This document shows positions 19,738-20,000 of a DNA stretch of 20,000 nt, piece by piece. A model generated the notes under the pieces. That model saw only the letters and a list, made by a program, of their open reading frames with translations. It was not told the origin of the DNA and did not search any database. Each line of letters begins with the position of its first letter. Position 1 is the stretch's first letter. Origin of the DNA: Chiloscyllium plagiosum (lineage: Eukaryota); contig NC_057718.1 of assembly GCF_004010195.1 (NCBI RefSeq), positions 73,316,462 to 73,336,461 on the forward strand, given 5' to 3'. Made by a program: the position numbers and the translations under genes.

Positions 19738-20000
19738 GGAGAAAGTGAGGTCTGCAGATGCTGGAGATCAGAGCTGAAAATGTGTTGCTGGAGAAGCGCA
19801 GCAGGTCAGGCAGAATCCAGGGAACAGGAGAATTGACGTTTCGGGCATAAGCCCTTCTTCAGGAATGAGGAAAGTTTGTCCAGCAAGCTAAGATAAAAGG
19901 TAGGGAGGAGGGACTTGGGGGAGGGGCGTCGGAAATGTGATAGGTGGAAAGAGGACAAGGTGAGGGTGATAGGTCAGACTGGGGTGGGGGCGGAGAGGTC
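19738..20000 (-). mobile_element. 3' terminal region of a second Penelope-type element family (continues beyond the window)
   Basis: Minus strand shows a pyrimidine-rich tract, a hammerhead motif, then the CTGCCTGACCTGCTGCGCTTCTCCAGC...CTCCAGCATCTGCAG tail. No ORF lies inside the window. Confidence 0.7.
19830..19867 (-). ncRNA. Minimal hammerhead ribozyme motif
   Basis: CUGAAGA-A-GGGC-UUAU-GCCC-GAAAC-GUC: intact core and a perfect 4-bp stem II, but a weak stem I. Confidence 0.65.

Overview
Repeat-dominated vertebrate genomic DNA, most likely a cartilaginous fish. This is inferred from HE1-type V-SINEs, CR1 LINEs and Penelope-type ends recognised from memory; no search was run. No intact host gene was recognised. 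Bases 1-6500 are a GC/CpG-rich head-to-tail cluster of a Tx1-clade (L1-group) non-LTR retrotransposon: a disrupted ORF2, a 517-N gap, a stack of 3' ends with a 307-bp period, then the 5' UTR and ORF1 of a further copy. The main observation is that at two junctions (3496/7 and 5198/9) the family's own 3'-UTR sequence stops at the same position (GGTGTTT(T/G)CCT^) and switches to a WTTGWGAG-starting sequence. At 5199 this is the 5' end of the next copy, which suggests a self-targeting, array-building Tx1 family. The rest is AT-rich and holds nested CR1 LINEs, HE1 SINEs, a Penelope-like element with inverted hammerhead-bearing terminal repeats, a second Penelope-type hammerhead end, a palindromic element, two ultra-short TSD-flanked insertions and a decayed Gypsy gag-protease relic.
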